A DNA stretch of 64,000 nucleotides, from NCBI GenBank assembly GCA_050953885.1, contig JBMNNJ010000001.1, positions 9,137-73,136 on the forward strand, in the 5' to 3' direction. A program made the translations under genes and the position numbers. This document shows, in pieces, positions 55,571-64,000 of the stretch (within the stretch, counting starts at the first letter, position 1; every line of letters begins with the position of its first letter). The notes under the pieces were generated by a model. That model worked only from the letters and a program-made list of their open reading frames with translations, was not told the DNA's origin and did no database searches. This DNA comes from Patescibacteria group bacterium. Its GTDB lineage: Bacteria; Patescibacteriota; Microgenomatia; 0-14-0-10-38-17.

Positions 55571-55748
55571 AAGCTTGGTGGGATTTCTTAGTGCTTGTAG
55601 AGTGCCTGGTATCCATCCTGTTAGGTTAAGATAACTTAATATTCGAAAACATTTGAAAGCCTAATAAAGGAGGAAAAATAACCCGGGGGTTGTTTTAAGC
55701 AGCAGCAATTTTTTCTTAGTAGGCGCTGACTTTATTTATATTTTAAAC

Positions 55749-55822
55749 CTTTTGTATCAGTAGACTATATTACGAATGCAAGAACAAAAGTAAAAGAGAA
55801 ATTATCGTATTAAAATCAATTC
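55749..55822. repeat. right direct repeat (about 75 bp) flanking the AT-rich island
   Basis: cttttgtatcagtagactatattacgaatgcaagaacaaaagtaaaagagaaattatcgtattaaaatcaat. Confidence 0.7.
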
Positions 55823-55842
55823 CGGCTGTTTGGGAGCATAAA

Positions 55843-56862
55843 CTAGAGCCGACGGACTTTTTTTCTGATGGTTTCCAAAATATAGACAGGAAAATATTTT
55901 AAGGGATCGATAATAAGGTCGTGGGCGGGAACATATTTTACCTCTTCTCCCCCAAATCCTCTTTTAAAAACAGAAACGCCGTAGAAGCGGTGTTTGGTTT
56001 GATTTTTGTCAACAATCCCCCAAAAATTGAATCGGGGGATTTCTAACTTTTGGGCGTCATTAATTGCTTGCCAAAGGATAGCCGGGGCGGCTGGTAAGCG
56101 CCTCCCCGCCTCGGTACTGGCGCCAAAATGGTAGCTTGATTCGGTGGGGTAATGAATAATCAGGGCATAAGCGAGCGGCTTTCCTTCTAAGACTGCTTTG
56201 TAAAGAAGCGCCTGATGGTGCTTAGCAAAGGAGGAAAATTCGGCGCGAATTAAAGGAAGAGAAAAAGGGACAAATTTCTGCCTTTTGGCAGTTTGGACCT
56301 GAACGTGGTAGAACTCATCAACAGATTTAATATCGGTGGTAGAAACGATCTTAATCCCTAATTTTTTTGCCTTTTTAATTTCGTATCGGGTGGTTTTGCG
56401 CATTTGCGCCAGTATCGCTTCCGGGTTTTGTTTGAGATTAAGCTGGAGGGTATGCTCTGCGGTCAGGTGCATGGGCGAAGGTCTTAATTGGTTTTCTTTA
56501 AGTATTTGGCGGATTTCTTCGCTGTCTTTAATTTGGGGGCGAATCCTGACAAAAGCGCACTTCTCTTTCTTGACAATTTCAAAAATTTGCGCAAAGAAGA
56601 ATTTTATTAGGTTTTTCTCTTTCCAATTGACAAGCGGGCCGCCGGCAATGGTTAAATACCGGCCTCTTTTGGCGTTTTCCACCACCCCTAAGGAAACGCC
56701 GATGATTTTCTTTCTTTCAAAAATTCCCCAATAATAAACTTTTTTACCTAAACTTTCGTGCGTTTGGCCATAAGAAAAAGACTGCAAAAAATTGCTTTCG
56801 GGGCAAGAAGTAACAAACTCTTCCCATTTTTGGCGATCGTTAACTTCTTTTATGCTGGCCAT
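55843..56862 (-). CDS. FemAB-family peptidoglycan bridge-forming aminoacyltransferase
   Basis: FLQSFSYGQTHESLG N-terminal FemAB signature; length about 339 aa. Confidence 0.7.
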   Translation of the reverse strand: MASIKEVNDRQKWEEFVTSCPESNFLQSFSYGQTHESLGKKVYYWGIFERKKIIGVSLGVVENAKRGRYLTIAGGPLVNWKEKNLIKFFFAQIFEIVKKEKCAFVRIRPQIKDSEEIRQILKENQLRPSPMHLTAEHTLQLNLKQNPEAILAQMRKTTRYEIKKAKKLGIKIVSTTDIKSVDEFYHVQVQTAKRQKFVPFSLPLIRAEFSSFAKHHQALLYKAVLEGKPLAYALIIHYPTESSYHFGASTEAGRRLPAAPAILWQAINDAQKLEIPRFNFWGIVDKNQTKHRFYGVSVFKRGFGGEEVKYVPAHDLIIDPLKYFPVYILETIRKKVRRL

Positions 56863-58073
56863 TGGTTAATTAATTTGGTAATATATTTTACTTCTTTGGT
56901 GGCGATCGTCGGTTGGGTAGGTAGGTTGAGGCATTGCTGGCAAGTTTCTTCGGTAATGGGGCATTGGCCCTTTTGATAGTTTAAAAAAGAGAGATTATTG
57001 GCAGGAGTAATCGGCTGGGGATACCAGTGCTTGCCAATAATAACGCCGTGTTTTTTAAGATATAATTTTAACTTTTCGGGTTTTTCTAAAAGAATGGGGT
57101 AGCGAAGATATATTCCCTCCTGATTCCAAGGAGGTTTGGTAATTTTTGGCTGATGAAGATTTTCTTGGTAATAAAGAGCATTTTTTTGCCGTTGCCGATT
57201 AAAGCGGGTTAGTTTTTTAAGCTGATGATTGGCCAGAGAAGCCAATGGTTCCGGCAGGCGGCGGGGGAAGAAAGGGGGAGTTTGTTGGTCGCGTTCCTTA
57301 GGATAAATTGCTTTAGAAATTAGTTTTGTTTTTTGTGATAAAAAAAGGATAAGTTTGCCTAAATAAAGAGAATAGGTTTTTTTTGATAAAAAACTAATCG
57401 GAGGATGAAGAAGCTGTTGCGCGGTCCAAAAAAAAGAAGGATAGGGCAGGGATTGGTAAAGATTTTCTACCGGTTTAACTAAATTTTTGTTGTTTACCAG
57501 CAGGGCTCCGCCAAAAACGGAGGAGATAATCTTATCGCGGCCAAAACTTAACATGGTAATGTCGCCAAAACTGCCAATTTTTTTCTCCCGATAAGTTGCT
57601 CCTAGGCTGTGGGCGCCATCTTCGATCAAGTAAAGCTTCTTTTTTTGGCAATAGGTGGTGATTTTTTCCATGTTTGCCGGCTGCCCAAAAGTATGCTGAA
57701 CAATTAAGGCTTTGGCGACTGGATTTTGGGGAAGAATATCAGGGTTGAGGTTAAAATCTTCTTTTTGGATGTCAAGATATTCCGGTGTTAGGTTGTTCCA
57801 AAGAATGGCGTTAGGAACGGTGCTACAGGTAAAAGCTTGTAAAAGAATTTTTGAGCCCGGCGGCAGATTAAGCGCTTTTAAGCCCAACATTAAAGCGGAA
57901 CGGCCGGCATTAAAAAGAAAAATCGCCTGTGTTTGCGGAAATAACTGCTGCAGACTTTCTTTAAGTTTTTCTTGGTTTTTTTTGCCGGTCCACGAGAAGG
58001 GAGAGGAAAGCCATCTTAAAGCCAGAAAGACATCATCGGACTCAAGGTTGGGAGATAAAGAAATATGGATCAT
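56850..58073 (-). CDS. DegT/DnrJ/EryC1/StrS-family PLP-dependent sugar aminotransferase
   Basis: DGAHSLGATY...SFGRDKIIS (PLP Lys) motifs. Confidence 0.75.
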   Translation of the reverse strand: MIHISLSPNLESDDVFLALRWLSSPFSWTGKKNQEKLKESLQQLFPQTQAIFLFNAGRSALMLGLKALNLPPGSKILLQAFTCSTVPNAILWNNLTPEYLDIQKEDFNLNPDILPQNPVAKALIVQHTFGQPANMEKITTYCQKKKLYLIEDGAHSLGATYREKKIGSFGDITMLSFGRDKIISSVFGGALLVNNKNLVKPVENLYQSLPYPSFFWTAQQLLHPPISFLSKKTYSLYLGKLILFLSQKTKLISKAIYPKERDQQTPPFFPRRLPEPLASLANHQLKKLTRFNRQRQKNALYYQENLHQPKITKPPWNQEGIYLRYPILLEKPEKLKLYLKKHGVIIGKHWYPQPITPANNLSFLNYQKGQCPITEETCQQCLNLPTQPTIATKEVKYITKLINQWPA

Positions 58074-59635
58074 TAGTTTAATCTGCTAATTGTTTTAACC
58101 AGGCTTGAGGGTAAGCGGCCTTCCAAAAGAATTGTCGCCGGCGTTTTAATTAATTCTTTTAGCTCTTCAAACTTAATGTTTGGTTTGACAAGATGAATTT
58201 TCTCTTTGTCTTTTCCTAAACCGGCCTGAAATGATTTTAGCAAAGAGGGAGAAGTAGTTAAAATTAAATCAGTAAACCTTGATTTCTTGCCTAAATTTTT
58301 ATGAATGGCAAACCCGTTTTTTCCTAACTCCTTAATGCCATCGCTAACAAGAATTTTAAACCCCTTTGATTTGGCAAGAATACCCAGCGCCGCCTCAAAT
58401 CCAACAGGGTTGCTATTGTAGGAATCATCAAGCAGGGTGATGTGAGGGGAAATGATTTTGATTTTTATCCCCGAATCGATTTCCGGCAGGTTGGCAACTG
58501 CTTTTTTAAGGTGCTTTTGGGGGACTCCCAAAGTTAGGGCAACGGCTAAGGCGCCAGTTAGATTTTCTAAATCTTGGGGGAAAATTTTATTGGTAGTAAA
58601 TTTAATTTGGCCCTGACGGCTGTTTATCTTGAAAACAGTTTTATTTTCGCTTTTTTTGATAATTAATCCCAGAAAATCGGCTTTTTGCTGATTATTCTTT
58701 AAGGCATAGGTAATAATTTTTAAGTTATCTTTTTGGGCGCGTTGGATAATAGGTTTGGTGGAGGAATGGGTGGCGTTGACAAAAAGTACCCCTTTGAGTT
58801 TTAAACTTTGGGCGATTTCATATTTGGTTTTGAGAAGATTTTCTTTGTTTCCGAATAAGGCCAGGTGCTGGGGGGCGATACCGGTTATGAGGGCAAAATC
58901 GGGCTTAATAAGTTGGCAAAGAGCCTTGATTTCTCCTTTTTTGTAAGCGCCCATTTCGCAAAGAAAATATTTTGTTTGGCGATTAAGTGATTTAATCGCT
59001 TCCATTATTCCCAATTCGGTGTTATAGCTTGCCGGTGTTTTTACTGTTGGCGCATAGTCTTTCAAAAGTTCAAAAAGAAGATGTTTGGTTGATGATTTTC
59101 CGTAGCTGCCGGTAATGGCGATAACTTGAGGATGATATTGGCTCAAGGTTGAAACTATCCGGCGACGTTTAAATCTTAAGACGATTTTTAATAGTAGGCT
59201 GGTTAAAAAAGCGCTTGCCGGAAGGATAAAAAACCCCAGAAGATCAAACAAAATCAGAAGACTTAAATTTAGCTTTTTCCATTGAGAAATAAGAATAACG
59301 GTAAGCAAAAAAGAGTTGAAAAGAAAAATTAAACTTCTGAAGGTAATTTTAGGCCGTTTTAGCTGGCGGGAAAGTAATTCATAAGAAAGTTTTGCGGTCT
59401 CTGCCAATAAGATAGCCGGATAAAAAGAAGAGAGTGGTTTGAAAAAAATAACCGCCGCCAGCAGAAGCAATTTTGCCAACATCAAAAAAATTTCTGTTTT
59501 CCTTTGTCCTTCTTTTGTTTTCAAAAAAACCCAAAAGCGATCAAGACGGTATTCTTTTATTTGCCACCAAGAGGTTAGTAATAATTGGCGTCGGCAGAAG
59601 GCGATTGCCCAAATAAAGAGTAAAAATTTATTCAT
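58073..59635 (-). CDS. murF: MurF-type Mur ligase (UDP-MurNAc-tripeptide--D-Ala-D-Ala ligase) with N-terminal multi-TM extension of about 160 aa
   Basis: P-loop ITGSYGKSSTK; MurF signature LLDDSYNSNP; 4-5 TM helices precede the ligase core. Confidence 0.65.
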   Translation of the reverse strand: MNKFLLFIWAIAFCRRQLLLTSWWQIKEYRLDRFWVFLKTKEGQRKTEIFLMLAKLLLLAAVIFFKPLSSFYPAILLAETAKLSYELLSRQLKRPKITFRSLIFLFNSFLLTVILISQWKKLNLSLLILFDLLGFFILPASAFLTSLLLKIVLRFKRRRIVSTLSQYHPQVIAITGSYGKSSTKHLLFELLKDYAPTVKTPASYNTELGIMEAIKSLNRQTKYFLCEMGAYKKGEIKALCQLIKPDFALITGIAPQHLALFGNKENLLKTKYEIAQSLKLKGVLFVNATHSSTKPIIQRAQKDNLKIITYALKNNQQKADFLGLIIKKSENKTVFKINSRQGQIKFTTNKIFPQDLENLTGALAVALTLGVPQKHLKKAVANLPEIDSGIKIKIISPHITLLDDSYNSNPVGFEAALGILAKSKGFKILVSDGIKELGKNGFAIHKNLGKKSRFTDLILTTSPSLLKSFQAGLGKDKEKIHLVKPNIKFEELKELIKTPATILLEGRLPSSLVKTISRLN

Positions 59636-60357
59636 AAACTAAGAAACCAGCGATCAATTTCTTGAGCGAGGTTTTTGGGTTGGTTATAAGGGAGACAGTG
59701 GTCTTCGTTGGGAAAAACCTTAAGAGTTGAGCCAACAATGGTTTTTTTTAAAAAATAAGCGTCAGCAACAGGGGTGGTTTTGTCTTTTTTGCCCCAAAGA
59801 ATGAGGGTGGGAATTTTAATTTGTTTTGCTTTTGGTTTTAAGCTTTCCTCGACAATATTCTTAAAGGTTTCTCTTTTTGTTACGGAAACAATTTGTTTAT
59901 AGTCGCCGGCGCCGGCCAAACGGTAACCAACCTTTTCTAAAAGGCGATAGGCGTCGGGAGATAAATTCTTCAGCGGGCTAAGGCTTTTGGCCGTGGTTTT
60001 AAAAAAGAATCTTTTGAGGGGATTATTGCGGGAAATACCGGCGGCGGCGCAAAGAACAAGAGAATTTAGTTTTGCTTGATTTTTATTTTCCAAGGCCATT
60101 TTCAGGCCAATTCGTCCTCCAAAAGAATGGCCAAAAAGAGAATAAGGCTTGTTTTTAAAAAACTCTCTTGCCTTATCGTCAAGGTAACGGCAGAAATCCT
60201 CTAGCTGCCAAGGAGTTTTTGGTTCAGGAAGGTCAAAAAAAGGCAGTTTGGGTAAAAAGATTTCCCAGCCGAGTTTTTGTAGTTCTTCTTGTAAGGGTTC
60301 AAGTTTTTGGCTGCCCGCTCCCCAGCCGTGGACAAGACAAAGACGCTTAGCGTTCAC
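59632..60357 (-). CDS. alpha/beta-fold hydrolase
   Basis: HGWGAGS oxyanion region and nucleophile elbow GHSFGG. Confidence 0.65.
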   Translation of the reverse strand: MNAKRLCLVHGWGAGSQKLEPLQEELQKLGWEIFLPKLPFFDLPEPKTPWQLEDFCRYLDDKAREFFKNKPYSLFGHSFGGRIGLKMALENKNQAKLNSLVLCAAAGISRNNPLKRFFFKTTAKSLSPLKNLSPDAYRLLEKVGYRLAGAGDYKQIVSVTKRETFKNIVEESLKPKAKQIKIPTLILWGKKDKTTPVADAYFLKKTIVGSTLKVFPNEDHCLPYNQPKNLAQEIDRWFLSL

Positions 60358-60536
60358 AATAACTAATTATATCACCTATAAAGATGTTTTGTATAAAACA
60401 AGAATGCTTATAGGGCATATGGTATTCACTCTGCGTGGAAAATCGGGGCGGGCGATTCTTGAATATGGCGTAAATTTGGAGTATTGAAAAAGCAATTTGG
60501 GAAAAGCGTCGGTTTTTTGCTATACTTATAATCAGG

Positions 60537-60998
60537 ATGATTTTAGGAATTGATCCGGGCGTGGCTTCCACCGGCTGGGCGGTTTTGGATAAAAATAAAT
60601 TAATCGCCTCGGGATGTATTAAAACGAGCAAAAAAGATGATTTTTCTTGCCGCTTAAGCCAAATTTATCAGGAAGTGGCGGAAATTTGTTCCCGCTGGCC
60701 GGTGGCAGACTTGGCGATTGAGGAGATTTTTTTTGCCAAGAATGCCAAAACAGCCTTGAAAGTGGCCCAGGTGATGGGGGCGATTAAAACTGCGGCGCAA
60801 AACAGCGGCGTGCAGGTTTTTGGTTACACTCCTTTGCAAATTAAAATTGCCGTGGTGGGTTATGGCCGGGCGGAGAAAAAACAGGTGGAGTTAATGGTAG
60901 AACAAATGGTAGTTTTGAATGAAAAAATTAATTCTCACCATGCCGTTGACGCCTTGGCGGCGGCGCTTACTCATCAAGTAATTTTTAAAAATGATTAG
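60537..60998 (+). CDS. ruvC: Holliday junction resolvase RuvC
   Basis: MILGIDPGVASTGWAVLD RNase-H-fold start; ruvCAB gene order. Confidence 0.85.
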   Translation: MILGIDPGVASTGWAVLDKNKLIASGCIKTSKKDDFSCRLSQIYQEVAEICSRWPVADLAIEEIFFAKNAKTALKVAQVMGAIKTAAQNSGVQVFGYTPLQIKIAVVGYGRAEKKQVELMVEQMVVLNEKINSHHAVDALAAALTHQVIFKND

Positions 60999-61587
60999 CG
61001 GCATTATCGGCCAAATTACCAATTTAGACGGCCAACGGGCGGATATTCTTTCTGGCGCGCTTATTTTCTCGGTTTTTTTGCCCAAATTAGTGGCGCAAGA
61101 AGTAAAAGTGGGCGAGGAAAGAACTTTTTACACCTATCTTTCCCTCACCGACAAAGGGGTGGAGCTTTTTGGTTTTGCCTTTCCCGAGGATGTGGCTACT
61201 TTCAGACTGCTTTTAACCGTTTCTGGGGTAGGACCGAAGATGGCTTTACGGATTTTTGATAACCAAAAAGGAGAGGAAATTCAGGCGGCCATCGATCGGG
61301 CGGACGTGGATTTTTTTACCCAAATTAAGGGTTTAGGGAAAAAGACCGCCCAAAGAATTGTGGTGGATTTAAAAGCGGTTTTTGAAAGGAAAAGGGAAGA
61401 GGAGGAAAAAACTTTTTGGGAAAAAGAATCTCTTCTTGCCAATGCCTTAAAGCAACTGGGCTTTGACAGGAAGGAGATTAAGGAGGTTTTAGCCTCTTTG
61501 CCAGCCGGGTTTGAAACCGATGAGGAAAAAGTGGCCTGGGCGCTTAATTTTTTATTAAAAAGCAATCATGGAGAAAGAACAGAATAA
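60991..61587 (+). CDS. ruvA: Holliday junction branch-migration protein RuvA
   Basis: Characteristic MISGIIGQI start and HhH motifs ([13 protein letters not shown]; [13 protein letters not shown]). Confidence 0.85.
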   Translation: MISGIIGQITNLDGQRADILSGALIFSVFLPKLVAQEVKVGEERTFYTYLSLTDKGVELFGFAFPEDVATFRLLLTVSGVGPKMALRIFDNQKGEEIQAAIDRADVDFFTQIKGLGKKTAQRIVVDLKAVFERKREEEEKTFWEKESLLANALKQLGFDRKEIKEVLASLPAGFETDEEKVAWALNFLLKSNHGERTE

Positions 61588-62560
61588 TAGTTACCAAGGA
61601 TTACGGCCCCAAACGCTGGCGGATTTTATCGGCCAGCAAAAACTTAAAGAGCAGTTGAAAATTTTTATTGACGCGGCGAAGGGGCGGCAGGAGCCATTGG
61701 ATCACGTCCTTTTTTACGGCCCGCCGGGACTGGGAAAAACCACTCTGGCTTCTCTTTTGGCCAAAGAAATGGGAACGGCTTTTCACCCCACCTCGGGGCC
61801 GGTTTTAACCCGCTCCGGCGACTTGGCGTCAATTTTAACTTCTCTTGATGAAGGCGATATTCTTTTTATTGATGAGATTCACCGTTTAACCAAACCGGTA
61901 GAGGAAACGCTTTATCCGGCGATGGAGGATTATGTTTTAGATATTGTCGTTGGTAAGGGTCCTTCGGCGCGCACGCTGCGGTTAAAATTGAAAAAATTTA
62001 CCGTGGTGGGGGCGACGACGCGAATCGGTTTAATTTCCTCGCCCATGCGGGAACGATTTGGTTTTGTCCACCAGATTGATTATTATGATGAGGAGAGCCT
62101 CCAGCAAATTGTCCTAAATTCGGCTAAGGTTTTGGGGGTGAAAATCGAGGAAAAAGCGGCGCGGGAAATTGCCCAGCGCTCGCGTGGCACTCCTCGCACC
62201 GCCAACTGGCTTTTAAAAAGAGTGCGTGATTTTTCCCAAATAAAAAATAGGAGTAAAATTGATTTTAGCTCTGCCAAAGAAGCCTTGGCAAAATTGGAGG
62301 TGGATCAATTAGGGCTCACCCGTAGCGATCGCCGCCTTTTGGAGCTGATTATTACCCAATATGGCGGCGGCCCGGTAGGGTTGGAGAATTTAGCCGCTGG
62401 TTTAGCGGAGGATGTGCGAACGATTACCGATTTTTATGAACCCTATTTGATGAAGCTGGGTTTTTTGGAAAGAACACCACGCGGAAGGGTGGTGACCTCA
62501 GAAGCCAAAAAATATTTAAAAATTGGGGATGGTATTTTTCAGGAAAAACTGGTAGAGTAA
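61568..62560 (+). CDS. ruvB: Holliday junction ATP-dependent DNA helicase RuvB
   Basis: [12 protein letters not shown], Walker [10 protein letters not shown], Walker [10 protein letters not shown]. Confidence 0.9.
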   Translation: MEKEQNNSYQGLRPQTLADFIGQQKLKEQLKIFIDAAKGRQEPLDHVLFYGPPGLGKTTLASLLAKEMGTAFHPTSGPVLTRSGDLASILTSLDEGDILFIDEIHRLTKPVEETLYPAMEDYVLDIVVGKGPSARTLRLKLKKFTVVGATTRIGLISSPMRERFGFVHQIDYYDEESLQQIVLNSAKVLGVKIEEKAAREIAQRSRGTPRTANWLLKRVRDFSQIKNRSKIDFSSAKEALAKLEVDQLGLTRSDRRLLELIITQYGGGPVGLENLAAGLAEDVRTITDFYEPYLMKLGFLERTPRGRVVTSEAKKYLKIGDGIFQEKLVE

Positions 62561-62624
62561 AAAACTTAGGCAACGGATTGGCGTTTTTTTAGTTTCGGTT
62601 TATTATAAGTAGATAGTTTATAAT

Positions 62625-62762
62625 TACAAAGATAAGATTAGATATCAAATATCAATCCGCCAGCTGGCGGAGCAAAGTCAAAATCAAAGACCAAAATTAA
62701 AGATAGATAATGTTTTTAAACTTTAATCTTGGTTTTGCTCTTTGCTCTTTGCGTTTTACATT
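62625..62762. repeat. AAAAG-heptamer palindromic intergenic element (ruvB-efp)
   Basis: atccgccagctggcggagcaaagtcaaaatcaaagaccaaaattaaag mirrored by ctttaatcttggttttgctctttgctctttgcgtttt. Confidence 0.6.
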
Positions 62763-62779
62763 TATTTTTCTATTTTTAT

Positions 62780-63391
62780 ATGTCTGAAATTTCCGTCGGT
62801 AAACTAGTCAAGGGGGATACTTTTTACTTTAACAACCGGCCTTTTGTGGTTTTGGAGGTGCGGTCAAAGCATTTGGGCCGGGGAGGAGCCATTTATCGGG
62901 TAAAAATGCGCGATTTAAAGCAGGGAACAATTTTGACTAAGGCCTTTCGGCCCACCGAAAAATTTGAGGAGGTAGCAAGCGAAATTCTGGGAGTCAATTT
63001 TCTTTATGCCGATGGGGAAGAAGCCTATTTTATCAACCCCCGGACTTTTGAGCAATTAAGCCTTTCGTTGGATAAAATTGGCGAGGGAGCGCCTTTGCTT
63101 AAAGAGGGCGAAAATTATCGCCTAAGGTTGGTTGATGGCGAGCCGGTAGACTTGATGATGCCGCCAAAGATAAGAAGACGGGTGATTGAGGCGCCGGAAG
63201 CGGTGCGTGGCAATACGGCGACAGCGGCCACTAAATGGGTGACAGTTGAGGGGAATGTTAAGGTAGAAACGCCTCTTTTTATTAAAAAAAATGATGTGAT
63301 TATTATTGACACCCGAACACTTACTTATGAGGCCAAAGATACTGGCGAGAATAAAGGAGGTGAGGATAATGAACCAAAAGAATCAAGATAA
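62780..63391 (+). CDS. efp: elongation factor P (start adjusted to MSEISVG; acidic C-terminal extension)
   Basis: KOW-like N-domain VKGDTFYF...LGRGGAIYRVKMRDLKQG and OB domains. Confidence 0.8.
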   Translation: MSEISVGKLVKGDTFYFNNRPFVVLEVRSKHLGRGGAIYRVKMRDLKQGTILTKAFRPTEKFEEVASEILGVNFLYADGEEAYFINPRTFEQLSLSLDKIGEGAPLLKEGENYRLRLVDGEPVDLMMPPKIRRRVIEAPEAVRGNTATAATKWVTVEGNVKVETPLFIKKNDVIIIDTRTLTYEAKDTGENKGGEDNEPKESR

Positions 63392-63713
63392 AGGGGTAAA
63401 AAAGAATGTTTTGGCAGCGGCCTTAGGCGCTTTGGCGGGAGGCATTGCCGGTATTCTTTTTGCGCCTAAATCAGGCAAGGAAACTCGGGGGGACATCAAG
63501 AAAGCGGTGGAAAGAGCCGCGGCGGAGATTAAAGAGAAAGCAGAGGAAGCGCGCGATCTGACGGTGGAAAAATATCAGGCGATTGTTGACGAGGTAACCG
63601 AAGAGTATCAGGAGTTAAGAGAGTTGAGCGCCGAAAAATTAGGAGAAATAAGAGAAAACCTCTACAAGAATTACCAGAAAGTAAAGAAAGGAGGGAAGAA
63701 AACTTCTGCTTAA
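63369..63713 (+). CDS. YtxH-domain protein (start adjusted to ATG preceded by aaaggaggtgag SD)
   Basis: VLAAALGALAGGIAGILFAPKSGKETRGDIKK YtxH signature; coiled-coil tail. Confidence 0.55.
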   Translation: MNQKNQDKGVKKNVLAAALGALAGGIAGILFAPKSGKETRGDIKKAVERAAAEIKEKAEEARDLTVEKYQAIVDEVTEEYQELRELSAEKLGEIRENLYKNYQKVKKGGKKTSA

Positions 63714-63814
63714 GAACTACCCCCTTGCGATTTAGCAGATTTTGTGGTAGACTGCTAAAAGTAATAAAGATGCCTATTTTACTAAAACCGGAAACACGAG
63801 GAGAGGGGAAAGAA

Positions 63815-64000
63815 ATGGCGGTGGTGGCCCTAAGGGACACGGTGATTTTTCCCGATAATGAACTGCCAATTACTTTTGGCCGGCCAGAATCCGTTAAGGC
63901 AGTTTTGGAGGCTTACCAAGAAAACAAAGAGGTTTTTTTGGTGGCCCAGAGAAATCCCCGCCTTAACAAGCCGGGCTGGAAAGGAATTTATGAAGTGGGG
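63815..64000 (+). CDS. lon: Lon protease, N-terminal part (continues beyond window)
   Basis: LALRDTVIFPDNELPITFGRPESVKAVLEA matches the Lon N-domain (LPLLPLRDVVVFP...VGR.KS..AL). Confidence 0.55.
   Translation, partial: MAVVALRDTVIFPDNELPITFGRPESVKAVLEAYQENKEVFLVAQRNPRLNKPGWKGIYEVG

Overview
This window looks like a chromosomal segment of a small-genome bacterium at roughly 40-45% GC. The many short hypothetical ORFs, FemAB, DUF763 and reduced pathways suggest an uncultivated CPR/Patescibacteria-like lineage; that is inference, not something the sequence proves. The housekeeping backbone reads confidently from the translated ORFs: secD-secF, the CCA-adding enzyme, recJ-relA/spoT, aspS, a D-Ala-D-Ala carboxypeptidase, gltX, folC, a tRNA-Gln(CTG) and an ECF sigma/anti-sigma pair. 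It also carries an LD-carboxypeptidase, xseA-xseB, the iscS-iscU operon, tatD, two MsbA-like ABC exporter genes, a femAB/degT/murF cell-wall cluster, ruvCAB, efp, a YtxH-like protein and the start of lon. Beyond the backbone there are three accessory areas. The first is an AT-rich tRNA-Gln-adjacent island, about 19.8-23.4 kb, with a Zn-ribbon protein, a PD-(D/E)xK nuclease and a distinctive hairpin-repeat family. The second is a pair of identical IS copies (an HTH plus rve/DDE transposase, IS481-like) in inverted orientation at about 26.5-27.7 kb and 42.0-43.2 kb, flanking roughly 14 kb. The third is an AT-rich island of about 4.7 kb (51.05-55.75 kb) flanked by ~75-bp direct repeats. This island carries a nucleotide-centric gene set: a GreA/Rnk-like factor, a CYTH-domain protein, a large CX8CX2C protein, a PRTase-like protein and an atypical NDK-like protein, plus a possible transposase remnant. 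I regard this island as the best candidate for an undescribed system. Other notable items are a LAGLIDADG intein of about 357 aa inserted directly before the conserved active-site Cys of IscU, an HRDC-XseA fusion, several intergenic repeat/hairpin families, and a vapBC pair.
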